Source: Dehalococcoidia bacterium (GTDB taxonomy: Bacteria; Chloroflexota; Dehalococcoidia; DSTF01; RBG-16-68-14). Taken from it: a stretch of DNA of 55,624 bases. The stretch covers positions 1-55,624 of the forward strand of contig JBBEBM010000078.1 of NCBI GenBank assembly GCA_040882355.1, written 5' to 3'. Numbering within the stretch: position 1 is the first letter of the stretch; the number at the start of each line of letters is the position of its first letter. Positions 44,366 to 53,537 of this stretch are shown piece after piece. The notes under the pieces were generated by a model. It was given only the letters and a program-made list of their open reading frames with translations. It made no database searches and was not told the origin of the DNA. A program made the position numbers and the translations under genes.

Positions 44366-45172
44366 ATGGACGAGCTGCGCCGAGAGATCCAGGACCTGCT
44401 CGACCGGCTCGACCCCACCGACGCCCTCGACATCTTCATCATCGCCGCCGTCATCTACGCGGCCTTCATGCTCGTCAAGGGCACTGTCGCTATCACGCTC
44501 CTGCGCGGCGCGGCGATCATCCTCATCGTCTTCGTCGTGCTGGCGCAGGCCCTCGACTTGGAGGTGCTCGACTTCGTCATCCGCAACTCCCTCACCGGCC
44601 TCATCATCGCCGTGCCGATCATCTTCCAGCCGGAGATCCGTCGCGCGCTGGAGCGCGTCGGGCGGACGGGCCTCGGCGTCTGGGCCCGGACGCCCGTCAA
44701 CGGCCTGATCGATACCGTGAGCACCAGCGCCTTCGAGCTCGGACGGCAGAAGCACGGCGCGCTCATCGTCTTCGAGCGCGACACCGGCCTGCAGAGCTAC
44801 GTCGACACCGGCGTCGGCGTCGATGCCGCGCCCTCGCCCGAGCTGATCGAGGGCCTCTTCTTTCCGAACACGCCGCTCCACGACGGCGCGGTGATCCTGC
44901 GCGAGAACCGCGTCATCGCTGCGGGCTGCACGCTGCCGCTCTCGGAGACGCGCCTCTCCGGCGAGATGGGGCTGCGCCACCGCGCCGGCCTCGGCGTCAG
45001 CGAAGGCACCGATGCCGTCGCGGTCGTCGTGTCGGAGGAGACCGGCACGGTGACGGTCGCGGCGGACGGCCGCCTCTACCCGCGACTCGACGAGCCGCGC
45101 CTGAAGGGCCTCCTCACGCGCCTGCTCGGCGTGGCCGCGTCGCGCGACGGCGCCCGAGAGGACGCGTCATGA
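44366..45172 (+). CDS. cdaA: Diadenylate cyclase
   Basis: Three TMs, IFQPEIRRALE, PLHDGAV, GLRHRAG, VSEETG. Confidence 0.96.
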   Translation: MDELRREIQDLLDRLDPTDALDIFIIAAVIYAAFMLVKGTVAITLLRGAAIILIVFVVLAQALDLEVLDFVIRNSLTGLIIAVPIIFQPEIRRALERVGRTGLGVWARTPVNGLIDTVSTSAFELGRQKHGALIVFERDTGLQSYVDTGVGVDAAPSPELIEGLFFPNTPLHDGAVILRENRVIAAGCTLPLSETRLSGEMGLRHRAGLGVSEGTDAVAVVVSEETGTVTVAADGRLYPRLDEPRLKGLLTRLLGVAASRDGAREDAS

Positions 45173-46422
45173 GCCGCGCGATCGGCTGGCTGCGCGGCGT
45201 CCTGGTCGTTGCGCAGCAGGCGGTGGTGTCGCTGCGTTACAACTGGGGCATCGGCGTCCTCTCGCTGGTGCTGGCGTTGAGCCTCTGGGTCTACGTCACC
45301 GACCAGGAGAACCCGGAAGTCACGGGTCGGGTGGCCGGCACGGTGACGATCGAAGCCGTGAACGTGCCTCCGGACCAGGCCGTCGTCTCGCTGTCGCAGG
45401 ATTCGGTCACCGTGCGCGCCCGCGCCTCCGAGAGCGTCTTCGAGCGCCTCACAGTCGACGACTTCCGCGCGACGATCGACCTCGCCGACGTCTCGTCGCA
45501 GGAGGCGGAGGTGGTCGTGCGTGTCGAGTCCGAGGAGCCGCGCGCGGAGGTCGTCGAGGCGCAGCCCGCGCGGGTGACGGTGCGGCTGGACACGATCACG
45601 TCGCGCGCCGTGCCCGTGCAGCCGCGCCAGAACGGCACGCTGCCGCGCGGCTTCGAGGCGATCGAGATCAGCGTCGACATCGATCAGGCGACCGTGACCG
45701 GGCCGCGCAGCCTGGTTGAGCTGGTGGAGGCGGTCGAGGCCGATGTGAACCTGACCGGCGTCCAGACGAGCTTCGAGGAGACGGTGCTGCTGCAGGCGCG
45801 CGGCGCCGGCGGCAACAGCATCGAGGGCGTCGAGATCGAACCGGAGAGCGCGACGGTGACCGTGGAGGTCGAACAGAACGTCTTCACCAAGACCTTCGTC
45901 GTCAGCCCCGACGTGACGGGCGTTCCCGCCGTCGGCTACGCAGTGACCGCGATCGAGGTCAATCCGACGCTCGTCGAGCTCTCGGCCACCCTCGACGCCC
46001 TGCAGAGCATCGACGCTGTCGCCGGCATTCCGACCGAAGAGGTGAGCATCGAAGGCGCGGGGGCGGACGTGGTGCGCACGGTGGCGCTCCGTCTGCCCGA
46101 AGGCGTGACGGCCGTCCGCACGGACGTGACGGTGCGGGTCGCGATCGCGCCCGCGCAGGGCCAGACCAGCATCGCCGTCGCGCCGCGCCCGTCGAATCTC
46201 GGCGCCGGCCTGACGGCGACGTTCACGCCGGCGACCGTGCAGGTCGTCCTTGCGGGCGCGACGTCCGACCTGCAGGCGCTCGAAGCGTCGCAAGTCATCG
46301 CGACGGTGGACCTCAACGGCCTCGCCGCCGGCGAGCACGTCGCGCCGGTGAGCGTGCAGGCGCCCGCTGGCGCGCAGGTCGTCTCGGTCTCGCCGCCGCA
46401 GGTGGGGGTGACGCTCCAATGA
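45169..46422 (+). CDS. cdaR: CdaR/YbbR-repeat regulator
   Basis: SLVLALSLWVYV TM, repeated YbbR-like domains; overlaps cdaA. Confidence 0.9.
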   Translation: MSRAIGWLRGVLVVAQQAVVSLRYNWGIGVLSLVLALSLWVYVTDQENPEVTGRVAGTVTIEAVNVPPDQAVVSLSQDSVTVRARASESVFERLTVDDFRATIDLADVSSQEAEVVVRVESEEPRAEVVEAQPARVTVRLDTITSRAVPVQPRQNGTLPRGFEAIEISVDIDQATVTGPRSLVELVEAVEADVNLTGVQTSFEETVLLQARGAGGNSIEGVEIEPESATVTVEVEQNVFTKTFVVSPDVTGVPAVGYAVTAIEVNPTLVELSATLDALQSIDAVAGIPTEEVSIEGAGADVVRTVALRLPEGVTAVRTDVTVRVAIAPAQGQTSIAVAPRPSNLGAGLTATFTPATVQVVLAGATSDLQALEASQVIATVDLNGLAAGEHVAPVSVQAPAGAQVVSVSPPQVGVTLQ

Positions 46423-47774
46423 GCGAGACGACCCCGGCCGTGGAGACGCCGCCGGCGGCGATCGTTCGGCCCGTCGTCGCGATCGTCGGCCGCCCGAACG
46501 TCGGCAAGTCCGCGCTGTTCAACCGCATGGTCGGGCGGCGCCAGGCGCTCGTCGAAGACCTCGCCGGCACGACGCGCGATCGCATCTACGGCGACGTGTC
46601 GTGGCGCCACGAGACCTTTCGCCTCGTCGACACCGGCGGGCTCGAGGCGAAGGCGGAGGAGGGCTACCCGGACCTGATCCGGCGCCAGGTGGAGGTCGCG
46701 CTCGCCGAGGCGTCGGTGCTGCTCTGCGTCGTCGACGCGAAGGCGGGCATCACCGTCGGCGACGAGGAGGTCGCGGAGCTGCTGCGCCGCGCGAACAAGC
46801 CCGTCTTCCTTCTCGCCAACAAGGTCGAGGGCGACGCCCGTCGCGAGGCGCTCGTCGAGTTCTTCGAGCTCGGTCTCGGCGAGCCGATGCCCGTGAGCGC
46901 GATTCATGGCGCCGGCGTCGCCGAGGTGCTCGACAGGGTGCTCCAGGCGCTGCCGCCGTCGCCCGAAGAAGAGGAGCTCGAAACGCCGCCGCGGCTCGCC
47001 ATCGTCGGTCGCCCGAACGTCGGCAAGTCGATGCTGCTGAACACGATTCTCGGCGAGCAGCGCGTCATCGTCTCGGACGTGCCGGGCACGACGCGCGACG
47101 CCGTCGACACGCCGTTCGACTTCGAGGGCCGCCCGATCGTTCTCATCGACACCGCCGGGCTGCGCCGCCCGGGCAGGCTGGAGCGCGGGCTGGAGCAGCA
47201 CTCCGCCATGCGCGCCCGCGACGCGATCGAGCGCGCGGACGTCGCGCTCGTCCTCTTCGACGCCCGCGAGGGGCTGTCGCAGCAAGACCTGCACATCGCG
47301 GGCTTCGCGCTGAAGGCGACGACCGGCCTCGTGCTCGCCGCGAACAAGTGGGACCTGATGGAGGGCTTCGCGCCGCGCGTCTTCGAGCGGGAGGCGCGCC
47401 GCAAGCTGCGCTTCGCGCCGTGGGCGTCGTTCCGCGTTTGCTCGGCGCAGGAGGGCACCGGCATCAGCGCGCTCCTGCAGGAGGCGCTGCGGATCCACGA
47501 CGAGCGCAAGAAGCGCATCGAGACCGGGCCGTTCAACGCGTTCTTGCACCGCGTCCTCGCGAAGCACCCGGCGCCGCCCTCTGGCACCCGGGTGGTCACG
47601 ATCTTCTACGGCACCCAGGCGGCCGTCTCGCCGCCCACGTTCGTCTTCTTCGCAAACGACGCGTCGCTCGTGCACTTCGGCTACAAGCGGCACCTGGAGA
47701 ACGAGATCCGGAAGCAGTACGGCTTCAAGGGCACGGCGCTGAAGCTGATCTTCCGCAGCCGCAAGGAGACGTAG
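46419..47774 (+). CDS. der: Ribosome biogenesis GTPase Der (EngA)
   Basis: Two GRPNVGKS/GTTRD/DTxG/NK G-domains plus a KH-like tail. Confidence 0.97.
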   Translation: MSETTPAVETPPAAIVRPVVAIVGRPNVGKSALFNRMVGRRQALVEDLAGTTRDRIYGDVSWRHETFRLVDTGGLEAKAEEGYPDLIRRQVEVALAEASVLLCVVDAKAGITVGDEEVAELLRRANKPVFLLANKVEGDARREALVEFFELGLGEPMPVSAIHGAGVAEVLDRVLQALPPSPEEEELETPPRLAIVGRPNVGKSMLLNTILGEQRVIVSDVPGTTRDAVDTPFDFEGRPIVLIDTAGLRRPGRLERGLEQHSAMRARDAIERADVALVLFDAREGLSQQDLHIAGFALKATTGLVLAANKWDLMEGFAPRVFEREARRKLRFAPWASFRVCSAQEGTGISALLQEALRIHDERKKRIETGPFNAFLHRVLAKHPAPPSGTRVVTIFYGTQAAVSPPTFVFFANDASLVHFGYKRHLENEIRKQYGFKGTALKLIFRSRKET

Positions 47775-47776
47775 CG

Positions 47777-48421
47777 ATGTGGTGGGAGTACCTGGTGTGC
47801 GCCGCGATCGGCTACTCCATCGGCGCGATCCCGGCAGGGCTGGTTGTCGGGCGCGTGGCGAAGGGCATCGACATCCGCGACTACGGCAGCGGCAAGCTCG
47901 GCTTCACGAACGCGCTGCGCACCCTCGGCGTCCGCTGGGGCGCCGTCGTGCTCCTTGCCGACATCCTGAAGGGCGTCGTGCCCGTCGTCATCGCCCTCGT
48001 CATCTCCGACGAGCCGTGGGTCGTCGCGGTGACGGGCCTCGCCGCCGCCATCGGTCACGACTGGCCTGTCTACGCAGGCTTCCACGGCGGCCGGGGCGTC
48101 GCGACCTCCTACGGCGCCGCGCTCGCGATGAGCCCGCTGCCCGCGCTGGCGCTGCTGCCGGTGGGCATCGGCGTCGTCGCGACGACGCGGATCATGTCGC
48201 TGCTGTCGGTTGGTCTGGCGCCTGTGCTGGCGCTGGTGTTCGTCGTGCTCGCGGCCGTCGGCTACCACCCGTGGGCCTACGCCGTCTACGCCGTGATCGC
48301 CGCCGCGCAGGTCGTCGTGTTGCACTGGGAGAACGTGCGGCGCCTGCTTGCCGGCACCGAGCCTCGCATCGGCGAGGGCGGCGCGCGGCGTGGCGAGGCC
48401 TCGGAAGGAACGACGACCTAG
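47777..48421 (+). CDS. plsY: Glycerol-3-phosphate acyltransferase
   Basis: DIRDYGSG..GFTNALR, DILKG, GHDWP...FHGGRGVAT, HWENVRRL..GTE. Confidence 0.95.
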   Translation: MWWEYLVCAAIGYSIGAIPAGLVVGRVAKGIDIRDYGSGKLGFTNALRTLGVRWGAVVLLADILKGVVPVVIALVISDEPWVVAVTGLAAAIGHDWPVYAGFHGGRGVATSYGAALAMSPLPALALLPVGIGVVATTRIMSLLSVGLAPVLALVFVVLAAVGYHPWAYAVYAVIAAAQVVVLHWENVRRLLAGTEPRIGEGGARRGEASEGTTT

Positions 48422-49017
48422 CGCCGCTTCAGCGCGACCGCGCCCGCAAGTGCGGCGAGGGCTGCGATACCGGCGAGCGCGGCTGGAAGGAGCCGGTTCG
48501 ACCCGCCGTCCTCGTGTTCGTCAAGGCGAAGGCCCGTTTGGGGAAGCACCGTCGCGATGGGTGTGGGCGACGTCGCGGTGGCCGTCGCGGCGGCTGGCAC
48601 CTCCAGGTCCACGGTCATGTCGCCGCCGGTCCAGACGAACTCGACCGACAGCGGCCCGAACTCACTTAGGAACTCGAAGCGCAATGTGGTCGGTGGGCCC
48701 TGAGTGCATTCTTCAGGTTGGCCCTCCATCGGTTGCAAAGGCCATGAAGTCCCATAGCCAGGGTAATCGGCAACGAGGGGCAGGATGAGTACGAGGCATC
48801 CAACTCCGTCGGCGGTGAGGCTACCAAGCGACTGCGCTAACTCGACGCTCACCGGTTGCCCGTCGTGGACAAACCGAATCGTGACGAGAGAAGTTGAGGC
48901 TTCTGCAGATGTGGGGGTGGTCGTCGGCGTCTGCGCGTGCGCGACACCGATGCCGAGTGCACAGACGAGCGCTGCTACCGCCACCGTTGCCTTGAGAATC
49001 AAGCCGCGTCTCACCAT
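48418..49017 (-). CDS. Secreted protein with an LPQTG sorting signal
   Basis: Signal peptide (AHA), two Cys, T/P linker, LPQTG-TM-KRR; lower GC. Confidence 0.78.
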   Translation of the reverse strand: MVRRGLILKATVAVAALVCALGIGVAHAQTPTTTPTSAEASTSLVTIRFVHDGQPVSVELAQSLGSLTADGVGCLVLILPLVADYPGYGTSWPLQPMEGQPEECTQGPPTTLRFEFLSEFGPLSVEFVWTGGDMTVDLEVPAAATATATSPTPIATVLPQTGLRLDEHEDGGSNRLLPAALAGIAALAALAGAVALKRR

Positions 49018-49160
49018 GAGGCCGCCTCCTTGGGCGCCACACCATCCGACCGTAGTTCTGACGCTATCATGTTCTGCGCTCGGCTAAGTGTCAATACCCG
49101 AGCATGTTTCATCCTGTAGGCGCCCACACTCCACCCTGGAAGACGACTTCCTGCATCGCC

Positions 49161-49192
49161 TTGGTTCCTGGCCCCTGGCTCCTGATCCCTGG
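49161..49192. repeat. Heptamer tandem repeat
   Basis: TTGGTTC CTGGCCC CTGGCTC CTGATCC. Confidence 0.55.
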
Positions 49193-49202
49193 CGTCGCCG
49201 CG

Positions 49203-49232
49203 TTGACACCCCGTTTCGCGCCCGCCTACACT
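49203..49232 (+). promoter_or_regulatory. Sigma70-type promoter
   Basis: TTGACA-18nt-TACACT upstream of the HEAT-repeat gene. Confidence 0.65.
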
Positions 49233-49245
49233 TTGGCTAGAAGAC

Positions 49246-50178
49246 GTGACGACCGTGAGCTTCGAGACCTACCTGGAAGAGCTGGCCGACCCGATGCAGT
49301 CGCTGGTCGCCACGAAGCTGACCGCGCTCTCGAACCTCGGCCCCGAGGCCACGGCGCTTTTCCGCGACGCGTGGCCGGCGCTGCCCGGCGATCGGCGTGA
49401 GCGGCTGCTCGAGGAGCTGGTCGACCTCGCCGAGGACAACGTCGAGCTCAACTTCCACGCCGTCTTCTTCGTCGCGCTGGAGGACGGCGAGCCGCAGGTG
49501 CGCCGCGCGGCGATCCAGGGGCTCTGGGAGCACGACGGACGTGAGCTGCTCGATGGCCTCTTCGAGCTGCTGCGCAACGATCCGGACGCGGGCGTGCGCG
49601 CCGAGGCGGCGATAGCGCTGGGCCGCTTCGTCCTGCACGCGGAGTTCGACAAGCTGCCCGCCGACGACGCCGAGCGTGTCGAACGCGAGCTGCTCCGCGT
49701 GATAGAGGACGAGTCGGAGGTGACGGAGGTGCGCGGCCGGGCGCTCGAGGCGCTCGGCGCCCGCAGCGAGCCCTGGGTGCGAGACCTGATCGAGCGCGCC
49801 TACGACGACGACGACCGCCGCCTGCGCCTCAGCGCAGTCCACGCGATGGGCCGGAGCGTCGACCCCGACTGGCTGCCCACGCTGCTCCTGGAGCTCGAGA
49901 GCGAGGACGCGGAGATGCGCTTCGAGGCGGCCGGCGCGCTGGGCTCCATCGGCGAAGGCGAGGCGACGGAGCCGCTCGTGGGGCTGCTCTACGACGAGGA
50001 CCTTGAGGTGCGCATGGCCGCGATCGGCGCCCTGGGCGAGATCGGCGGCGCGCTGGCGAAGGGCGCGCTCGAGGAGCTGCTCGCCGAGGGCGAGGAGCTG
50101 GTGCACGATATCGTCGTCGAGGCGCTAGCCGAGGCCGATTTCGCCGATGATCCCTTAGGGTTCGCCGCGCGAGAGTGA
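49246..50178 (+). CDS. HEAT repeat protein
   Basis: Repeated D...VR..A..ALG units. Confidence 0.92.
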   Translation: MTTVSFETYLEELADPMQSLVATKLTALSNLGPEATALFRDAWPALPGDRRERLLEELVDLAEDNVELNFHAVFFVALEDGEPQVRRAAIQGLWEHDGRELLDGLFELLRNDPDAGVRAEAAIALGRFVLHAEFDKLPADDAERVERELLRVIEDESEVTEVRGRALEALGARSEPWVRDLIERAYDDDDRRLRLSAVHAMGRSVDPDWLPTLLLELESEDAEMRFEAAGALGSIGEGEATEPLVGLLYDEDLEVRMAAIGALGEIGGALAKGALEELLAEGEELVHDIVVEALAEADFADDPLGFAARE

Positions 50179-50630
50179 TGAGCATGACCGCCGACGCATC
50201 GAAGCAGATGAAGCGCGCCGTCTCAGCAGGAGGTGTCGTCTATCGCCGCGGCGACGAGGGCATCGAGATCGTGCTCTGCGGCCGCACCAGCGAAGGGCTC
50301 TGGGCGCTGCCCAAAGGTACACCCGACCCAGGCGAATCGCTGGAGGAGACGGCGCTCCGTGAGGTCGCCGAGGAGACGGGCCTGGAAGTCGAGATCGAAC
50401 GGCCGATCGGCTCCGTCCGCTACGAGTTCCGCCGCCGCGGCGAGGTCTTCGACAAGACGGTCGAGCACTACCTGCTGCGCCCCGTCGGCGGGCATCTCGA
50501 TGGCCACGACGGCGAGTTCGACGCGGTGCGCTGGTTCCCGGTCGAGGAAGCGCTGCCGTTACTGACGCACGAGAACGATCGCGAGATCGTGCGCAAGGCG
50601 CTGGCCCTGATCGAAGGAGACGGCGCATGA
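50175..50630 (+). CDS. NUDIX hydrolase
   Basis: SAGGVV, WALPKG...GESLEETALREVAEETGL. Confidence 0.94.
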   Translation: MMSMTADASKQMKRAVSAGGVVYRRGDEGIEIVLCGRTSEGLWALPKGTPDPGESLEETALREVAEETGLEVEIERPIGSVRYEFRRRGEVFDKTVEHYLLRPVGGHLDGHDGEFDAVRWFPVEEALPLLTHENDREIVRKALALIEGDGA

Positions 50631-51226
50631 CCGCAGTCGCGTCCGGCGACGTTGCGCGCGGCGAACGCGTCGCGCTGCGTGAGAAGCGCCTTGGCGACGC
50701 GTACGACGACTATCGCTGGCGCACCGACCCCGATCTCTCTCGCTTCGACGCGGCCCGCCCGCTCACGATGAACATCCAGGAGTTTATCGCCCTCTACCGT
50801 GAAGAGCTGCTCTACCCGAGCCCGTATCGCCGAAGCCTGGCGATCGAGGACCTGTCGGGGCGGCACATCGGCAACGTCATGTACTACAACATCGATACCA
50901 TACGCCAGGAAGCGGAGCTGGGCATCACGGTCGGCGAGCGCGAGTGCTGGAACGCCGGCTACGGCACGGAGGCTGTGCGCCTCCTCTGCGAGCATCTGCT
51001 GGGGCGCCTGGGCTTCCGGCGCATTCACCTCAAGACCCTCGCCTGGAACCGCCGGGCTCGCCGCGCGTTCCAGAAGGCCGGCTTCTCCGAGTGCGGCCGG
51101 GCCCAGCGCGCGGGCAACAGCTTCGTCCTCATGGAGTTCCGCTGGGAATGGCTCGACGACCGGCTCCCGCCCGACGACGGTTCCTCTGCGCAGGACCTCG
51201 CCCATTCTCCGCGGGTCGGGCTTTAG
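50627..51226 (+). CDS. GNAT (RimJ/RimL-like) N-acetyltransferase
   Basis: AELGITVG, WNAGYGTEA, N.RARRAFQKAGF. Confidence 0.92.
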   Translation: MTAVASGDVARGERVALREKRLGDAYDDYRWRTDPDLSRFDAARPLTMNIQEFIALYREELLYPSPYRRSLAIEDLSGRHIGNVMYYNIDTIRQEAELGITVGERECWNAGYGTEAVRLLCEHLLGRLGFRRIHLKTLAWNRRARRAFQKAGFSECGRAQRAGNSFVLMEFRWEWLDDRLPPDDGSSAQDLAHSPRVGL

Positions 51227-51313
51227 CCCGACGGGCGAAGCCCTCGTGGGCTAGGAGTGCCCCTCGCGGGTCGGGCTTTTCGCTCGGCGAGTCGCCAGTG
51301 GCGACAGCCCGAC
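51210..51313 (+). repeat. REP-like hairpins: empty (51210-51232) and filled (51265-51313)
   Basis: GCGGGTCGGGCT-TT-AGCCCGAC versus GCGGGTCGGGCT[TTTCGCTCGGCGAGTCGCCAGTGGCGAC]AGCCCGAC. Confidence 0.8.
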
Positions 51314-51366
51314 GGACGGACGAGCCACACGGGCGAACAGCCCGCATCGACAAGGAGGTCGACCCG

Positions 51367-51852
51367 ATGCCCGCTCGCATGTCGCCCGCCGCACGCGACC
51401 GATTCCTCTCGGGCCGGCACGTCGCCGTGCTCGTCACGAACGGCGTCGACGGTCACCCCGTGCCCACGCCGATCTGGTATCGCTACCGCGACGGCCTTTT
51501 CTACTTTCGCACCGCCGACGATGCCGTGAAGACGCAGAACGCGCGTCGCGACCCGCGCGTAAGCGTCTGTGTGCAGGACGAGCGCGCGCCCTATAAGGCC
51601 GCGATCGCGTACGGCACCGCGGAGGTGCGCGAGGCTGAGCCGTGGCTCGGACGCGAGATCCCGCGCCACTACCTCGGCTTCATCGGCGCCATCGGCTACG
51701 AACGCGCCGCCCGCGAGGAGATCGAGCGCGGGCCTGAGGTCGCGCTCGTCGTCCGCCCGGAGCGCTTCGTCACCTTCGACTTCGGCGCCGGTCGGCCGTG
51801 GTTCGGGAACCTCTGGCTCCTCGTCCGCCGCGTCCTGCCGCCCTGGCTGTGA
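51367..51852 (+). CDS. PPOX class (probable F420-dependent) oxidoreductase
   Basis: VLVTNGVDGHP.PTPIWY, KTQNARRDPRVSVCV; AAGGAGG RBS. Confidence 0.9.
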   Translation: MPARMSPAARDRFLSGRHVAVLVTNGVDGHPVPTPIWYRYRDGLFYFRTADDAVKTQNARRDPRVSVCVQDERAPYKAAIAYGTAEVREAEPWLGREIPRHYLGFIGAIGYERAAREEIERGPEVALVVRPERFVTFDFGAGRPWFGNLWLLVRRVLPPWL

Positions 51853-51862
51853 ACCACACGCT

Positions 51863-51911
51863 GCGGGTCGGGCTCCTCGCCCCGGCGAGTCGCCTCTGGC
51901 GACAGCCCGAC
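51863..51911 (+). repeat. Filled REP-like hairpin (direct repeat of 51265-51313)
   Basis: GCGGGTCGGGCT[CCTCGCCCCGGCGAGTCGCCTCTGGCGAC]AGCCCGAC. Confidence 0.8.
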
Positions 51912-51917
51912 GGAGCG

Positions 51918-51948
51918 CCGAAGGGGCGTTCATCGAACGCCCCTTCGG
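51918..51948. terminator. Hairpin between convergent genes
   Basis: CCGAAGGGGCGTTC-ATC-GAACGCCCCTTCGG. Confidence 0.6.
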
Positions 51949-51984
51949 GTGTGCCCTTTGGCGAGAAGCCTCCGACGCTTGCGG

Positions 51985-53367
51985 TCAGCCTGTCGGCTTG
52001 ATGTTCTGGTTCAGGTGGAACAGGTTACCGGGGTCGTACTGCTTCTTCACCGACACCAGACGGTCGTAGTTCCCCGCGTAGTTTTCCCTGATCCGCACCT
52101 GGTCATCGGCGTCCATGAAGTTGATGTACCCTCCGGCGGACGAATGCGGCTCCAGCGCCTTGTAGTAACCCTTCACCCAGCCGATGTTCTTCTCGTTGTC
52201 CGCGGTGTCCGGCCATGCGCCGGCGATCACCGTCGCGAACGTCGTGTCGCGGTACGCGAACGCCGTCGCGTCCGCTGGCACGCGGTGCGGCGCGCCGTTG
52301 ATGGCGTAGATGTGAATCGCGCAGTTCATCGTCGGCACGTTCGGCCCGTGCTCCAGGTGCGCGGCGATCGCCCCGTCGGTGAGCTCCGCCGAGAACGTTC
52401 CCTTCCAGTACTGCTGCAGCCCTGGCGGCAGCAGCTCATCGAACAGCGAATTGATCGCCGGGTACGGCATCGGCGTCACCAGCTCGCCGACTCTCGGGCC
52501 GATGCTGCGGAACGCCTCCATCGCCTGCTCGCCCTTGTCGAGCGGCCCCGCCCAGCACGAGATGATCGCGCAGAGGGTCTTGCCATGCGCGTCCTCCGGC
52601 AGGAACGGCAGCGGCGGCGCAATCAAGAACGCGGGAAACGCTCCCATCTCCTCTGGCGCCGTCTGAATGTAGCCGCGGAAGAACTCCAGCACGTCGCGTC
52701 CCCGGTCTAGCGGATAGATGAAGATGCCCGCGAGTATGTCCTTGATCGGGTAGAGGCGGTACTCGAGCGACGTCACCACGCCGAAGTTCCCGCCGCCGCC
52801 GCGCAGCGCCCAGAACAGGTCCGCGTTCTCCTGCTCGCTAGCGACCAGGAACTCGCCGTCCGCCGTTACCACGTCGGCCGAGAGCAGGTTGTCGAGCGAT
52901 AGGCCGCAGCCGCGCGCGAGGTAGCCGATCCCGCCGCCGAGCGTCAGCCCCGCGATCCCCGTCGTCGAGACGATGCCGCCCGTCGTCGCCAGCCCGAACG
53001 CGTGCGCGGCGTGGTTCAGGTCGCCCCAGGTGCAGCCGCCCTGCGCTCGAATCGTCTTCGCGCGCGGGTCGACGCGGCTGCCCTTCATCGGCGACATGTC
53101 GATGACGACGCCGTCATCGTTCGTTCCGAACCCGGGCGCGCTGTGCGAACCGCCGCGCACCGACAGGTCGCCGCCCTGTTCGCGCGCGAAGTTCACGGTG
53201 GCGATGACATCGCCCGCGTCCACGCAGCGCACGATCACGGCCGGCCGCCGGTCGTGCATGCCGTTGTAGACCTTGCGGGCCTCGTCGTAGTCCGGATCGC
53301 CGGGCTGGACGAGCTGGCCCCTCAGTTGGGCCCTCAGACCTTCGACGTTGAGTCCTGTGGCTACCAT
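51985..53367 (-). CDS. FAD-binding oxidoreductase (BBE-like)
   Basis: VRGGSHS, TGIAGLTLGGG, LFWALRGGGGNFGVVT, YINF, KKQYDPGNLF. Confidence 0.95.
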   Translation of the reverse strand: MVATGLNVEGLRAQLRGQLVQPGDPDYDEARKVYNGMHDRRPAVIVRCVDAGDVIATVNFAREQGGDLSVRGGSHSAPGFGTNDDGVVIDMSPMKGSRVDPRAKTIRAQGGCTWGDLNHAAHAFGLATTGGIVSTTGIAGLTLGGGIGYLARGCGLSLDNLLSADVVTADGEFLVASEQENADLFWALRGGGGNFGVVTSLEYRLYPIKDILAGIFIYPLDRGRDVLEFFRGYIQTAPEEMGAFPAFLIAPPLPFLPEDAHGKTLCAIISCWAGPLDKGEQAMEAFRSIGPRVGELVTPMPYPAINSLFDELLPPGLQQYWKGTFSAELTDGAIAAHLEHGPNVPTMNCAIHIYAINGAPHRVPADATAFAYRDTTFATVIAGAWPDTADNEKNIGWVKGYYKALEPHSSAGGYINFMDADDQVRIRENYAGNYDRLVSVKKQYDPGNLFHLNQNIKPTG

Positions 53368-53537
53368 GGCGCGTACCTCCTTGTGTTTCAGGCGGGTGGG
53401 AGCGTGACCGCCCGCCACTACCTCCCCAGTCTAGCTTGCTCCTGGCGCCCGTCAATGTCAAGGTCTAGCGGCCGGTTGTTACAACTCACGGCTGGCCGGT
53501 GCTTCGTACGCACGGCGTACGAAGCGGCTTGGGCGCC

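Noticed and set aside
44366..48421. cdaA-cdaR as a CBASS-like cyclic-nucleotide defence system
   Set aside because: This is an ordinary housekeeping c-di-AMP module followed by der-plsY, with no effector genes.
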